A stretch of 60,362 nt of DNA, filler included, from Sphacelaria rigidula (taxonomy: Eukaryota): the NCBI GenBank assembly GCA_964200075.2. It is 7 parts of 7 records of this genome, joined end to end, with 100 filler letters (N's around TTAATTAATTAA, not from the genome) between each part and the next. Parts side by side here need not be neighbours in the genome. Positions count along the whole stretch, not along the records: positions 8,640 to 17,177 come from CAXNAA020010855.1; positions 17,278 to 25,815 come from CAXNAA020010856.1; 5 more parts are not named here. One strand, written 5' to 3'. The notes under the pieces were generated by a model that worked only from the letters and a program-made list of their open reading frames with translations, was not told where the DNA came from and ran no database searches. Shown here piece after piece: positions 12,169-24,830 of this stretch; within the stretch, counting starts at the first letter, position 1; each line of letters starts with the position of its first letter. A program made the position numbers and the translations under genes.

Positions 12169-12470
12169 GCCATTACTACCATCACTGTCATTACTATTGT
12201 TCGGTTTGGAATGTTGGAAGCAGTGCGATCATTTTTTCCGTCGCAAGTGAAGAATTGAACCACTAGTAGTACTACCAGTACTCCTCCTCCTCCTCCTCCT
12301 CCTCCTCCTCCTCCTACTGCCATTACTACTGCCATTCTACCATTACTACTACTACTACTACTACTACTACTATTACTACTGCCATTACTACCATCACTGT
12401 CACTACTACTGTTCGGTTTGGAATGTTGGAAGCAGTGCGATCACTTTTCCGTTACAAGTAAAAATTGAGC
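11600..12470. repeat. Tandem repeat, 4 units of about 210 bp with embedded (TAC)n and (CCT)n
   Basis: Core TGTTCGGTTTGGAATGTTGGAAGCAGTGCGATCA near 11778, 11995, 12198 and 12410. Confidence 0.95.
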
Positions 12471-12997
12471 AGAGAAGTAAAAAGGTCTCAGCCATGCTGA
12501 AAAAAAAAAGCAGCATCAGAAAAAAAGTTTAGACCGTATTTTTCAGGAGTCTACACGTTACACGTGCCACAGCGTTACACGTTACGGTCACGTTACGTTT
12601 TGGCCGAAACGTAACGTGAACGTTGAAAACAAATTACGTCATGAACATAATGTTATACTTTTTTAACATGACATACGTAACGTAACGTGAACGTTTAATT
12701 GCCCAAACGTTCAAATCACGTAATATGATACGTTTCATGTAACGTGTAACGTATATTACACGTTACACGTAACGTTATATGTTACGTTACACCTTACATG
12801 AAACGTCATGAACACGTCACATGTAGAGGTGAAACTTCAAGTTTGCAATGAAATTAAAAATCCTGGAAGATGGTGCTTCAATAAACACGAGTGAGTTTGA
12901 ATTATCATGGTATAGTTATGGTACTATTGCAAAATTTTCGCTTTCTCCCCACCACACGTCACAATCATAACATCATGATCATCTCGACCACATTCAA

Positions 12998-14482
12998 GGC
13001 TACTTCTCATGTATGAAAAACACGTTGTCAGAAAAGCCGTTTCTCAACAGCGCGATTTTCCACACAATTTTTCAAAGTAGCCTTCCTCACGTAATCGACC
13101 CGCTGTCAAAATTGGAAACGCAGTGCTCATCGTTTTCCATGAGGTGTGCAGGCATAATTTCAAATTATGGGGCGCGCGAGATAGACGCAGCACTCTGCTG
13201 TCGTGTCGTGGTGTACTGTCCGTACTGACTGTCTGTACTGCTGTTGTGATACATCGCCTGAGTAATACATGGTGGGCTGCGTGACGGAAGACGATCAGTA
13301 CTAACATCGCCTTGCTGTACTAATAACTGACGGTAGAAGTGACGGTTGTGCCTTTCACTGGACGGTAGTACTTGACTGAAAGGAAATTACGGACAAGAGT
13401 ACACACAACAGTACTGTATTGTACGCATTGGCTGTAAACTTTTTCGTGAGATTGAGAGTAGAGCGCTGATTGGGAGTGGCTTTATTCATTCGCTTCAACT
13501 CAGCCAATTATTCATTCCGTGTGCACTTCCCCCCCCCTCCATCACTGGCGTGTACTTAAAGCTACACGTCAATATCCTACTCAAGGATATCAAGGGCCTC
13601 AGTGGCAAGCTACTACAGGAAGCATATTGGCCTTCGTGGAGGTGCATTTCGGAGCTGAAATGGGTAACTCACTAATTGACCGCTTTTCACTCTCAATCGT
13701 ATCCTCTACTCTCGATCCCACAAAAACCTTGTTTGTAGTGATGGCTTAGCTGAGATCATCACTGCTGTCGCTGGTGCTGGCAGGCAGTCAGCGTTTTGCT
13801 TTTTTGTCCTTCGCTCGCCGGTGGCGTGATGGCCCTCACCCCTTACCCCTTACTCCCATGAGAAGAAAACATGGCAGGGTCCATGACGAGTGCTGTCAGA
13901 CACTCTGTATGTAGGTTTGTTGCGCAACAATGTAGCGCAGTTCATGTTTGCATGCAGCGTGTTGCAAACAGCACTCGAATACAGTACAGACTGCCCAGGT
14001 TCCCAAGTCCTGTAGATACTACAGCAGTGGCACAACTACTTATACTGTGGTCTTGTGTGTCAAGTCAGTGCGGTCCTGTCTCTACAAGTCTTGGGTACGT
14101 GGGCAGTCTGTACTGCATCGCGAGTGCTGTTCGCATCACGCTGCATGCACAGTCCTGAAATGCGAGCTATACTACTCTCTGTGCAAACTACACACAGAGT
14201 GTTTGTACAGCACTTGTCATCGACCCTGCCCTGTGCTGTTCTCATGGGGTAAAGAGCTACCATGATACTGGCGAGCGAAGGACAATGAAGCAACACGCTG
14301 ACTACCTGCGAGCACCAGCGACAGCAGTGGTGATGGCAGCCAAGCCACCCATGGCTGCTGTCGTGGGCTGGAGGGTGTGTTGGCGTGCGGCGGGATTTCA
14401 AACGCGTTTTCTGATCACATAAGAAGTGGGTTATCAGAAGACGCGTTTTTTACAGAGTTTTCTTTATACATGAGAACTAGCC
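12998..14482. mobile_element. PIF/Harbinger-like non-autonomous element with internal ~590-bp palindrome
   Basis: TIR GGCTACTTCTCATGTAT / ATACATGAGAACTAGCC; colinear with 35377-36738; internal foldback ~13757-14345. Confidence 0.85.
13438..13740. mobile_element. CACTA-like MITE nested in the Harbinger-like element
   Basis: Subterminal IR TTTCGTGAGATTGAGAGTA; right end TTTGTAGTG (= CACTACAAA); absent from the 35377 sibling; inverted homolog at 27643-27951. Confidence 0.7.
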
Positions 14483-15460
14483 GACGGGTCACCGTTGGCG
14501 TCACGTACACGGTAGCATCAGGCGTTAAACGACACATTACAATGCCTCAAACACTGGTGAATGAGCCGCGACATGCACAGAATGAAACGTTACATTCGAA
14601 CGTTACACGTGTCAACGTAACGTTACATTAGACGTTACACGTGACGTTGAAACGTTTCATATTACGTTACATGTAACGAAGTATGACGTTAATTTTTTTT
14701 CCACGTGATGAACGTAACGTGAACGTGTAAGGTGTAGACCCCTGTTTTTTTTCTTTTTCCTCGGAACCACTGATCGTGTTGCGCGGGTTGATAATCAAAA
14801 TATCATGTCAAAATTTCAGCGCCTGACTCTTCGAAGTACCAATGACGTCTCCACTCTTTGTTCAAAAATCACTGTCAGCTAGCCCAGCTCGTACGTGTAT
14901 TGACCGTCTCGTGGCAGCACGTCCGTCACTCCCCAATAATCTATCGGAGTTTCACGCATTCCCACACAAGCCCACGGCTGCATTGCGCTGGGCAGCGGAG
15001 GCTGCGCAAAGGTGACGCAGAATGTAGCGCGTGGGCTGCATTTTCATGGGCCCCCAGCGTCGTCGTGTGCACCCGTGGCCCAACAAGCGCGATGCCCTAT
15101 ATCCTCTGCTGTCGTTTTTTGCCATCAAACCGCTGTCCTTGGGTACAGAGGAACGAGCAGAACTTGACTGGGCAAGCCCTAACCCGGGGGTCTGAGCAAT
15201 GTCATCGACACGCATCCATGAGCTTTTTGCTCGATCAATCCATGCATGCCCGTACGCACCGCAGCCTCAGCCGACACAATCATGGCAGGCAGAAACCCTA
15301 GAACACACGTATATTCCCCTGTTCACGGAGATTTCGTTCTTGCCAACCAACCAGAAATTCAAGGTGTTGCTCATTTTTTTTTCTTTCAGACTGCCCGCAC
15401 ATAATATGTGCATGGAGTTTGCCCCGAATTCCGCGTACCCTCGTACAGGATAGTGGCTGA

Positions 15461-15932
15461 GCCACTCTTCTTTGTTTGTCCAAATAGAATCTTGTTTGAA
15501 CACTGCCTGTTTGGTCCTTCTCCGTCGTTTCACGCCCGAAAAGAGGGCTAGGCGGATGTTGACACCTTGGAATTACTTGCTTTACCTGTTGAGACCGTTC
15601 CAGGACACCTTTGCGTTTCTTGGTGGCCGGAGTTTAATTTTATTTTCTGCTACACTTGCGTTTTCAATGACGAACAGTCAAGTAATAGAACCCCCTCCCC
15701 GGCAATTTCCCCCTGTTTCTAATGTCTTGACCGTTTGTTATTGAGAAAGCAAGTTTGGCCAAAAGAAACTGCGGCTACCGGAAAACGCAAAGGTGTCCTG
15801 GAACGATCTCAACGAGTAGAGCTCGAAGGTGTCAACGTCCGCCTAGCCCTCTATTCGGGCGTGAAACGACGGAGAAGGGCAAAAAAAAAAGCAGTTTTCG
15901 ACGATATTTTTGTGGACACGTAGAACGTGGCC
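15461..15932. mobile_element. Diverged foldback MITE related to 15936-16855
   Basis: Arms CTTCTCCGTCGTTTCACGCCCGAA...TTCGGGCGTGAAACGACGGAGAAG; degenerate ends. Confidence 0.7.
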
Positions 15933-15935
15933 TTA

Positions 15936-16855
15936 GGCTACTTCTTATGTATCGAAAAGTAAAAGTTGTTGAAAAGTGTTTTTTTGGCGTTTCTCCGTCG
16001 TTTTTGTCCCAAAAAGAGGGCTTGGCGGATGTGGACACCTTGGAATGACTTGCTCTACTCTCTGAGGTCGTTCCAGAGCACCTTTGTGTTTTCTGTAGTT
16101 CATAGTTTTGTTCCTGGCCAAGAATGCATTTTCAACAACAAACGGTCGAGTTATCGAAAAACAGGAGGGAAACTGCCATTTTTTCAATAACTCGACCGTT
16201 TGTTGTTGAAAATGCATTCTTGGCCAGGAACAAAACTATGAACTACAGAAAACGCAAAGGTGCTCTGGAACGACCTCAGCGAGTAGAGCAAGTCATTCCA
16301 AGGTGTCCACATCCGCCAAGCCCTCTTTTTGGGACAAAAACGACGGAGAAACGCCAAAAAAGCACTTTTCGACAACCTTTACTTTTCGATACTTTTTATG
16401 TATTAAAAAAAAAACTCGTTGAAAAGTGCATTTTTGGCCCTTCTCCGTCGTTTTTCCCCCGAAAAGAGGACTAGGAGGATGTGGACACCTTGAAATGACT
16501 TGCTCTACTCGCTGAGGCGGTTCCAGAGCACCTTTGCGTTCCCCGTAGGCCATGGTTTCGTTTCTGGCCAGACTTGCATCTCCAATAACAGACGTTCAAC
16601 TTATCAAAAAATAGGGGGGAAACTGACATTTTTTTGGGAAGTTGAACGTCTGTTATTGAAGATGCAAGTCTGGCCAAACATGAAACCATGGCCTACGGGG
16701 AACGCAAAGGTGCTCTGGACCCGCCTCAGCGAGTAGAGCAAGTCATTCCAAGGTGTCAACATCCTCCTAGTCCTCTTTTCGGGGGGAAAACGACGGAGAA
16801 GGGCCAAAAATGTACTTTTCAGCAAGTTTTATTTTTTCATACATAAGAAGTAGCC
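15936..16855. mobile_element. PIF/Harbinger-like MITE made of two tandem ~450-bp palindromes
   Basis: TIR GGCTACTTCTTATGTAT / ATACATAAGAAGTAGCC; flanks TTA / TTG; each half folds back on itself. Confidence 0.85.
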
Positions 16856-19800
16856 TTGGGTGTGAGAATCGTAAAACGACCCAGGGTTCAAATTAGTTGA
16901 ATGTGAAAAAGCGCAGTTTCGTGGGGTAGGGGTTGGTGAAGCGACGGTAAAGTCTGTGCGAGAAGATGATGACGTGTCCGTGCGTAGAAATGCGTAAACG
17001 TTGTTCAGTGAAATTGTTGCCCACATCTTCGTGTTGAACGAAAACTGTTCCTAAAACAGGGGTATTAGCTTCTGTTTTGAGGTCGGCAATCAATTTTGTA
17101 TCAGTCGTATGGCAGACAGTTATGCAGAAGGACAAAACGAGGCTGCTCAGCAGCAAAAAAAAACGAAACACTCATCTNNNNNNNNNNNNNNNNNNNNNNN
17201 NNNNNNNNNNNNNNNNNNNNNTTAATTAATTAANNNNNNNNNNNNNNNNNNNNNNNNNNNNNNNNNNNNNNNNNNNNGGTTGCGTGTCGTTGTCGGTCTG
17301 TGTCCTTGGTCGCGAGTGGGGGGGAGTGCGGTGCGGTGGGGGGGGGGGCGGGCGGGGGGGGGGGGGTACTCATTTGTTGCTGGCCTTAATCGTTTGACCA
17401 TTGACCACGCATCTCTTCCGAGATAGAGCGCCGTTCCTACTTCTAAGAGAGACACCTGCAACACTTCGGTGCTCATTACATTTACCTCCAAAATTTGGCC
17501 GCTCATGATATTTCTTGGATATATCAAACAAAACCTTTTACGCGTCTCTTATTTCCATCCTGTTTCGCCGTCTGTAACCACCGTCTATCTCCTGGTATAG
17601 CAATCTTTTTCTCGCTCTTTTTAATGTACCACGCGATTTCATGCAACTTTCATAAACTTCCCACAGTCCCCCCTCTAGCACTTCCCGTTCCTTTTTGTAC
17701 TTTATAGTTCTCGTTCCTTCTTGTATTGTTCACCATCTGCCACTACACGGAGTATACTCTCCATTTCTGTGCCACAGGGCAGAGGCGAGGTGTGTGGGGG
17801 GGGAAGATTGCTACACAGATTACTGTGTTATCTTTCACCGTATGAAAGCGGGACAACGTTATTGTCCACATTTTCGTGGGTACATTAATCCCACCATATG
17901 GCAGCTGTACGAAATTACATCCGAGGGGGAAAAATGGCCGTCTGAGCATGACCCTGGGCTGCACACTGTACAGTAAGCTACAGACTGTTTGCGGAAGCTC
18001 CGAGGTGTACACTACACAGTAGTACAAGTTTGAACTTTCCATTTTCGATCGGAAGCGATTATTTCTGTGTTTTGTGTCCCCACGACTCATCACAGCTTCT
18101 GTTTGATCTCAAACTTCGGGAATCGAGAGACGTACGTACCCGATTCACAGGCTCACCGGTCGTTGAGGGTACTACAACTGCACAGCCCCCGGTTCTCGCT
18201 CCTTGATATGTTCACTCGACCGAACCGATCCAGACCGTTACAAAGAAATATTATCTGGTTGTTTTCTCTTCTCGATACAGTATTGTATTGTCGCCCCCTC
18301 GTCCTGAAAAATCTGTTTTTTAATTTAATCGGTGTTCCAAAAAATCATACAGGCGTTTCTCAGACGAACGTCAGAACGTCGCCCACTCCCACCGACGGCA
18401 TACCTCGTACCATCCACCATGGACCTTCAGATACATTGTGCTCCAGCCGAAAAACCGTGTTTTTCATTGTATACTCTCTGTACGGTCAAATACACCCCCG
18501 GGTTTTACTCCGCTTGGTTTTGTCGACACAAAATCGGAAAACTGTTCTGAGTACGACCTGCTTCTCTTTCCAACGCCTACGGTACCGACTCTCAAACCTT
18601 CGAGTGACGGTGATGAATCGTCTGCGAAAAAGTCCCGATTGTTAACCCAAGTTCAAATTTGTATGAATCTATAGATCGTAGATTGAGTGGCTCATAGCTG
18701 CCTGCAAATTGGCTCATTTATTGAGGACGATGGAACGAAAAGCTGTACTTCACAAGCAGTACGCGGCGTAAGGTGGGTATTTTTCAAGTGCGGAGCGCTG
18801 CCGGATGATCTTCTAGCAACGTATGTCACTGGGTTGTTGTGACCCAATATTTCCTTCAACAATGCCTGCTTGCGCAGTAAAAGAGTAGCAATACGCTGTA
18901 AGTCGCCTTCACTACGACAACAGGATAGAGCCAAGGGCATGGGGATGATTTGCACGCTAATTATCTCCTCATGCTCCGGGGACAGGAATCGAGAAGCAAT
19001 CAATAATGGTGATCATGTCACCAACTTTTCGCTCGAATTTTCAACAACCTCTGCGAGTACACCTGTTGGCACGCACATACAGCACAGACAGTTCAACCGA
19101 CGCCTCAACACCCACTTTTCATCCACAATTACGCCCCTCTACATACAACGCGGGGAGCGGGAAAAAAACACAGGGATCTCCGTCGACCGCCTATTGGTCC
19201 CGTGTAGTGCCTCAGTTGAGTGTCTAACGTGTGTTTAAACATGTGCTCCAAAACCTGATTTTACCCCTCCAAACCCCTCTATGACTTCCGAGCCTTGGTA
19301 CTTTGATTTCATTACCTGTGAATTACTGTGAAATATGGCGGGATTCTCGAGTTTGGAATACCTCTGCCGTACGAGTAGTACAGACTGTTCAGAGCTAGAA
19401 TTTCTGTGCACATTTCCGTTTCCCCACATTTCGCTGGAATATCACGCGCACATTTCAGTACGTTTTGCCTTGCTGCGCGGAAGACCGAGGGTGCGTCGTG
19501 CTTCGAGACGCTATCAACGATGGAAGACGGGGTCGTCCCCCCCCTCCCCCCCGTCCCCCCTATTCGTAAGAATAGTCCCTGTCCTACGAACACTAGTGTG
19601 CCAAGACAGGTACAGGTGGATCCAAGTGTTTTGGGTACATCGCTTGCGGAGCGTTTCCGACTTGCGAATTTCCCGCATTTCGCTCCAGCCGAGAACAACT
19701 CTTTCGTATCCTGAAACTGAGAAGAACAACGGTGTAGATTGCAGTCGGTGATCGGTTCAATCGTTCCGCAATGTCCAAAGAAGTGTGTTATAGCGTGCTC

Positions 19801-21208
19801 AGCCGTATGCGGTTCCTGGTGAAATGCGTATGATGGGGTTACGCCAATGAACGATACATGGATATCCAATGCCCTCGGAGGGGATCATGTCCCGAGATGG
19901 CAATCAAAAGCTTGCAAATGGAAAAGGGCATTGGAGCTAACCTGGTCCAGATCATTTGCTTCGTTGTAGTCCATATCCACGCTTACCAGCCGTTCTTTTT
20001 GCCACTCAAACAAGCGCAAGAGTATCCACTGCGGTCCCCGAACGGGAATACAAAGGACAACAGTACTACAATGCTGTGCAGACAGTACAGACGACAGCAG
20101 GGGTCGCAAAAGTAGACTAGTTTCGTCTCCTGGTCAGATCCGCGGTCGTAATCGAAGGCGTGTTTGTATTGGGAGATGACGTCCCACCCAATAAATACAG
20201 AAAAGAGTTTTCTCCGCAGCCACCGCTTGCTGCTCTACTTGCCGATACAGCGGATATATCCTGTCTGAGCGCGTGGGACACATCGTAGCGCGACTACACC
20301 TTGCCTCCACATCAGTCTGTAGCGTTCATCATGCAGGATGCCTCTATTCCATCAGGCTCGGCTCCGCTTCCCTCCCCTCGTAACCCACCCGAGAAGCGAT
20401 CAGCAAGTCAAGGTACCATCGCCTCTGCGCAGATGAGAGCAACCTCAGAGAGAACGCGTTCCGACAATTCCCAGGTAAGTCATGACGGGATGCGCGTAAT
20501 GTACACAAAATCACCCTCCCTCTTGTACCGGTGTGCTCACTGCCCGTCTGTCGTGGTGTGGTACCTGTAAACTGGGGACCATGTCTTACTTGAGTTGAGG
20601 TTGAAAGTGTGGGAAAAGGGAGCAGAAATACGCACTTATTTTCAAAATAATGAAAAATCACGTGTGAAATGATGGGGTATTTTGTGGCATCCTTTGTTCC
20701 CCAGTGGTACAACTCCCTGATAACAGTCAATAGTGTACATAAATCAACAATGTGTAAGCTTTACTCACGGTGAAAATCGAACAACCGCGCACCCCCCGTT
20801 TTTTATCTGGCGGTGGGTAGCAGTTGATGAGTTGTGGCTGTAGTTGAGGCACTAAACATTTCCTCCACTCTCGTATCGTGGACATGGAACCGACCGCACT
20901 GCATGCACTGTATATACTGTTGTCGCGGACCCAGATTGGATTTCTAAAGGCAGGTGAAGAAGAAACAGCCTCTTCTTAACAGTCCTGGACTGTTACTGCC
21001 TGCACCTGCTGTACCGTCTCTTTTTGCTTCGTGTCGTGGAACCAGAAGGAGGCAATGCAGTGGCTGTGCAGCACACACACTCCAGTACGAAAAGTTGAGC
21101 ACTGCACTGCTCACTACCTGTACGCTTTGTATGCTTCCTACCCATGCTCTATGCTGCTGACCGTGGGGATTTTCCGGTGCCCATCACACCTGCTCACGTT
21201 TTGAGCAG

Positions 21209-21594
21209 GGCGCGAAACGGTTGGACAGCCGAATGTCTCCGCACGCTGCCAAGGCGCGGGGGATATTTGATAGAGTTACTGCACCAATTGGGGGACACGA
21301 GGGAATGCCTGAGGAACTGTCTGAAGGAGTGTTGAAGCAGGGCAGTGTCTTGGGAAGCGCTCAGCCAGATATGAAGCATGACGGATTGTTGCCGGAGCTG
21401 GCAATGTTCGGGGCATCGGGGCCGGCTGGCCCTGGCGGTACTGGGGAAACTGAAGGAGGGGCGGGTGATGAGGACCTCGGGCCTATGGGATGGTCTCCAG
21501 TGCCGCTTGTTCGTACGACCTCGAACTCTTCTGCTGGCTCTGCTGAGGGTGAAGAGTCAGGGGTGAGCGATACCCCACCTGCAGCATTCTCAGG
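21209..21594 (+). CDS. Candidate exon, Gly/Ser/Glu-rich unknown protein
   Basis: Acceptor TTTTGAGCAG; open GC-rich frame (ORF 21221-21670); donor uncertain. Confidence 0.45.
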
Positions 21595-23177
21595 CGTAGT
21601 ACAGTACACGCTTTGCATCTCCCGAAAAAATATTGTGCCAGAGAGTTGGTTTGAAACGACGATGATATGATTGGCTCGTGCTGGTTTCACGATTAGAAGC
21701 CGCTGAAACATTTGGTACCTCCAGTGTCCCACCGTTCGCACTACCGTACTGTACTGCAGTTGTACCGTAGTTGGTTTGGATATTGTTCTACATACTGAGC
21801 TTACTTTTGCAGGTCTTTCAACGGCGGTTCTGCTTGTTGGAAGCGGGGAAACTACGATCTAAGAGTATACTGTCTGTATCATCAATTGTAAATCACGTTG
21901 TTTCCAGTAAGCGATTGCACAAATCTGGGAAACATGATACGTAACCCCGGTAAGTACCGGTCATCATGACAGTTGAGTTAGACATGGTACGAAATTTGAA
22001 GATAATGTGTAGTTTTGATGGTTGTCGTGCTGAGTTCCGTATCTGTGACGGCGATACAGCTGTCAACTAGCGGCGCCTCGGTGACTCCTGTATGTACGAG
22101 TAGAGCAGGTTTTAATCATATCCTGTATTTCAGCACAATTGTTGCTTGTTGTAGCACACTTGGCCACAGGAAACTTCCGAGGAGGTAGGTTACACCCATC
22201 GATTGCATTACACAATACTCTTGGGTGTGCTTTCCAGTTGTGACTGTCCAATCCAACGGTACTGTTGTGCTGAGGATTCAAAAGCTGAGCGGTCCTCGTT
22301 GTCCGAGAAAATTCTTGTTGTGAAGTTCCTTGGTCTCCACAGACAAGCACTTCGTAACTCTTCATGCGCTCCCCGAATTATTATGAGTTTGTGATACCAT
22401 ATTGCATCGAGTGACGCAGCAAGCTTCTTGCGCTTATGGCCACATACTTCACTGTACCTACTGTATCGCACTTACTACTGTTGTGTTATGTAGTCAAGAC
22501 CGTTCCTCCCACCAAGAACGTTCAAATTAGGCTTGTAGATAATGTGTTTTTGTTGTCTACATGTTATTTTACCCGCTGCTAGATTTTCGTCTCCACTTGT
22601 CTCAGTTCTAACCCAAGCCGTGATTTCACATATTTTTGTTGTTAGATGATTCTCGGGAGCATATGAGCCTATCCTTGAAGAAGCCGCCGTGGGATATCAT
22701 GTGTTCAAGGTGCTTCTGATAACTTTGGCGTGTTATTTCCTTCACTGGGTGGATTTGTGTACTTCTCTGACCCGCGGCATTATCGGTCATCAGGCGTAGG
22801 ATGAACTGTGTTTGGGTGGGAGCGATGTGCTTGCTAGGTGCTGCCTATCTGTTGTTCTGTGTATTTTGTCGTGTCAGGCGTCCCTGTTTCTTGTGTACTT
22901 ATGGCCAGGGTTATAGGGATGTGTATAAGGCTTTGAATACGCACAGATGAGAAATTTGATACCAGGTATTTGTTAGCGTATGTGTCCTTACATCGATATC
23001 AAGTACTACCGATCTCCCAATTTCCTGTTCAAAAAGGACCCAGTTATCAGCCAGACAAGAAGAATGCTACTGAGTGATATTGACGATGCTGATACCCGAT
23101 GCATATTCCTATAGGAATATCATTCTTATTTTGAGTCTGTTTCCGAGGTGTCTTTCTTGGACCAAGTTCCATTTTCA

Positions 23178-23490
23178 GCGCCCCGGTGGTGTAATGGTCC
23201 GACTGTCGCCTTTAGGGTGGAGAGAACAGGGGTTCGATTCCCGATTCGTTGGTTTTTGTTTCTTCGTAATGTATGATCTCCATCGTGGAAAGCGTGAGAA
23301 CATGAGTGAACAAAGTAGTCGACTGGGCTTGTGTAACGTGAGTTGACGCGGTGCGGGAGTGCTGAGCCAATCCGCGAGACCAAAATGAACAGCACGTACA
23401 GGGGGAGAGATGGATTGATTCCTTGAGACCACGGACTCATCCCGAGGAAGGGGAGGGGTTCAAAGTGTCAGGAAAAAAACAAGAAACAAG
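23178..23490 (+). mobile_element. tRNA-derived SINE, copy 2
   Basis: GCGCCCCGGTGGTGTAATGG A box; GGTTCGATTCC B box at 23231; body homologous to copy 1. Confidence 0.85.
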
Positions 23491-23934
23491 ACTGTCCTCC
23501 GAGCGCTAAAACCCCTCAGGTGGATTATGGGTGCTGGCTCCAATCTCTGCTGTTGACACCTGGACCCTGTATGATGAACCCCCAATTCCCACAGCAAATG
23601 GGCAGGCTTTGGTGAGTGGGTATTGAAAATTTTCGTCTTGGGCGAGAGTGCCTGCATAGAGTGGGCTGTCACCACCCGTATGCCGCTCGTCCTACTTGTC
23701 CATCTGTGTGGCAAACACGCACTAAGGTATCGCTAAAAATATGAGGATGGGGAAGATTCACACCTTATACAGAGCAGTATGTCGTCTTCCCCTTGTCCAA
23801 GACCCCCTCAGAGTAGCAAAAAACGAAAGACCCATCGCATCCCATTGATTTTTTTAACCAAATATTACAGCATTCCATCCGTTCACAACCAAATATCAAA
23901 TATGCCATCTATTCATATATAAACATATCAGTCT

Positions 23935-24016
23935 ATATACCGCGTGAAGTATGGGCCTATTGCAACTATCGTGGGCCGACATTAGTTGCAATAGGCCCAT
24001 ACTTTACGCGGTATAT
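23935..24016. mobile_element. ~80-bp palindromic mini-MITE, TA-flanked
   Basis: ATATACCGCGTGAAGTATGGGCCTATTGCAACTA...TAGTTGCAATAGGCCCATACTTTACGCGGTATAT. Confidence 0.7.
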
Positions 24017-24281
24017 TTTTGTCTACTGCAACTACTAACCATATTTTGTCCATGGCATGGAAAGATTGAAGGTCTGTGCCAAGTTCGGGGTATCTTCTAT
24101 ACCATATAACATGTCTTAGAGGTTGTGCATGAAGTGCACAGAACGTCATGTTCTGTCATTTTATACCATCTTGTATTGCTGTAAACACTGTACTGTCGGT
24201 ATTGTACATACACCCTGCACAACCCCTGTATGACGTCTTCTGCTCTCGTCTTGGAACTCGGGTGAAAAAAAATGTTGCAAC

Positions 24282-24830
24282 TACTTTATCTGTGAACAGA
24301 GAACTCTTGGATGAAAATGCTTTGCAGAAATTACCTCTAGACGAGAAAAACTTGTGTAAAAAAGTAGTTGCCTGTAAACAACCTTTAGATGAAAGATATT
24401 TTCAAAGAATTGCCTGTAGACAGCTTTTGATGAAAAAGAAATGTGTCACCAGTTGTCTGTTGTCAACTATACTGTCGACATCTCGAGGGTTCAAAAGCTT
24501 TTGACCGCCAGGATGGATCAACTGTTGAATCGGCTTCATTTTCACTTGCAGAAGTATGCCTAGACCAGATGGAACTTCGCGGCCCAACGGGTTATCCCTG
24601 TATAACCGATATGCACTTGCCTTCTAACTCGGATGGATATGTCGTGCCAGTAGTTGACCTGTAGTCTGACTACTGTACGAAAAGCCTGTCTTGCTAGTTG
24701 CCTGTAGACAACTATGCGATTAATAATTTCAAAATTATCCGACTAGTTTGCCTGTAGACAGCTTGAAGTGGAAACAATGATTTAACTAGTTGTCTGTGGA
24801 CAACCGCACTCGTCGATAACTTGAAGGCTT
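24282..24830. repeat. Array of quasi-palindromic GTTGCCTGTAGACAAC motifs at ~43-bp period
   Basis: Motif variants near 24367, 24410, 24452, 24653, 24697, 24747 and 24789. Confidence 0.7.

Larger units (their letters stand above)
12544..14744. mobile_element. hAT-like non-autonomous element with GTTAC/ACGT subterminal repeats (outer element of nest)
   Basis: TIR CAGGAGTCTACACGTTACACGT / ACGTGTAAGGTGTAGACCCCTG; dense GTAACG/CGTTAC arrays at both ends; T-rich imperfect 8-bp flanks. Confidence 0.75.

Noticed and set aside
23178..23250. Functional tRNA gene
   Set aside because: A and B boxes are present but there is no convincing acceptor stem or cloverleaf, and it continues into a repeated body, so it is a SINE head.
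24282..24830. CRISPR array
   Set aside because: Repeats are about 16 bp, degenerate and in two clusters; no cas genes; eukaryotic context.
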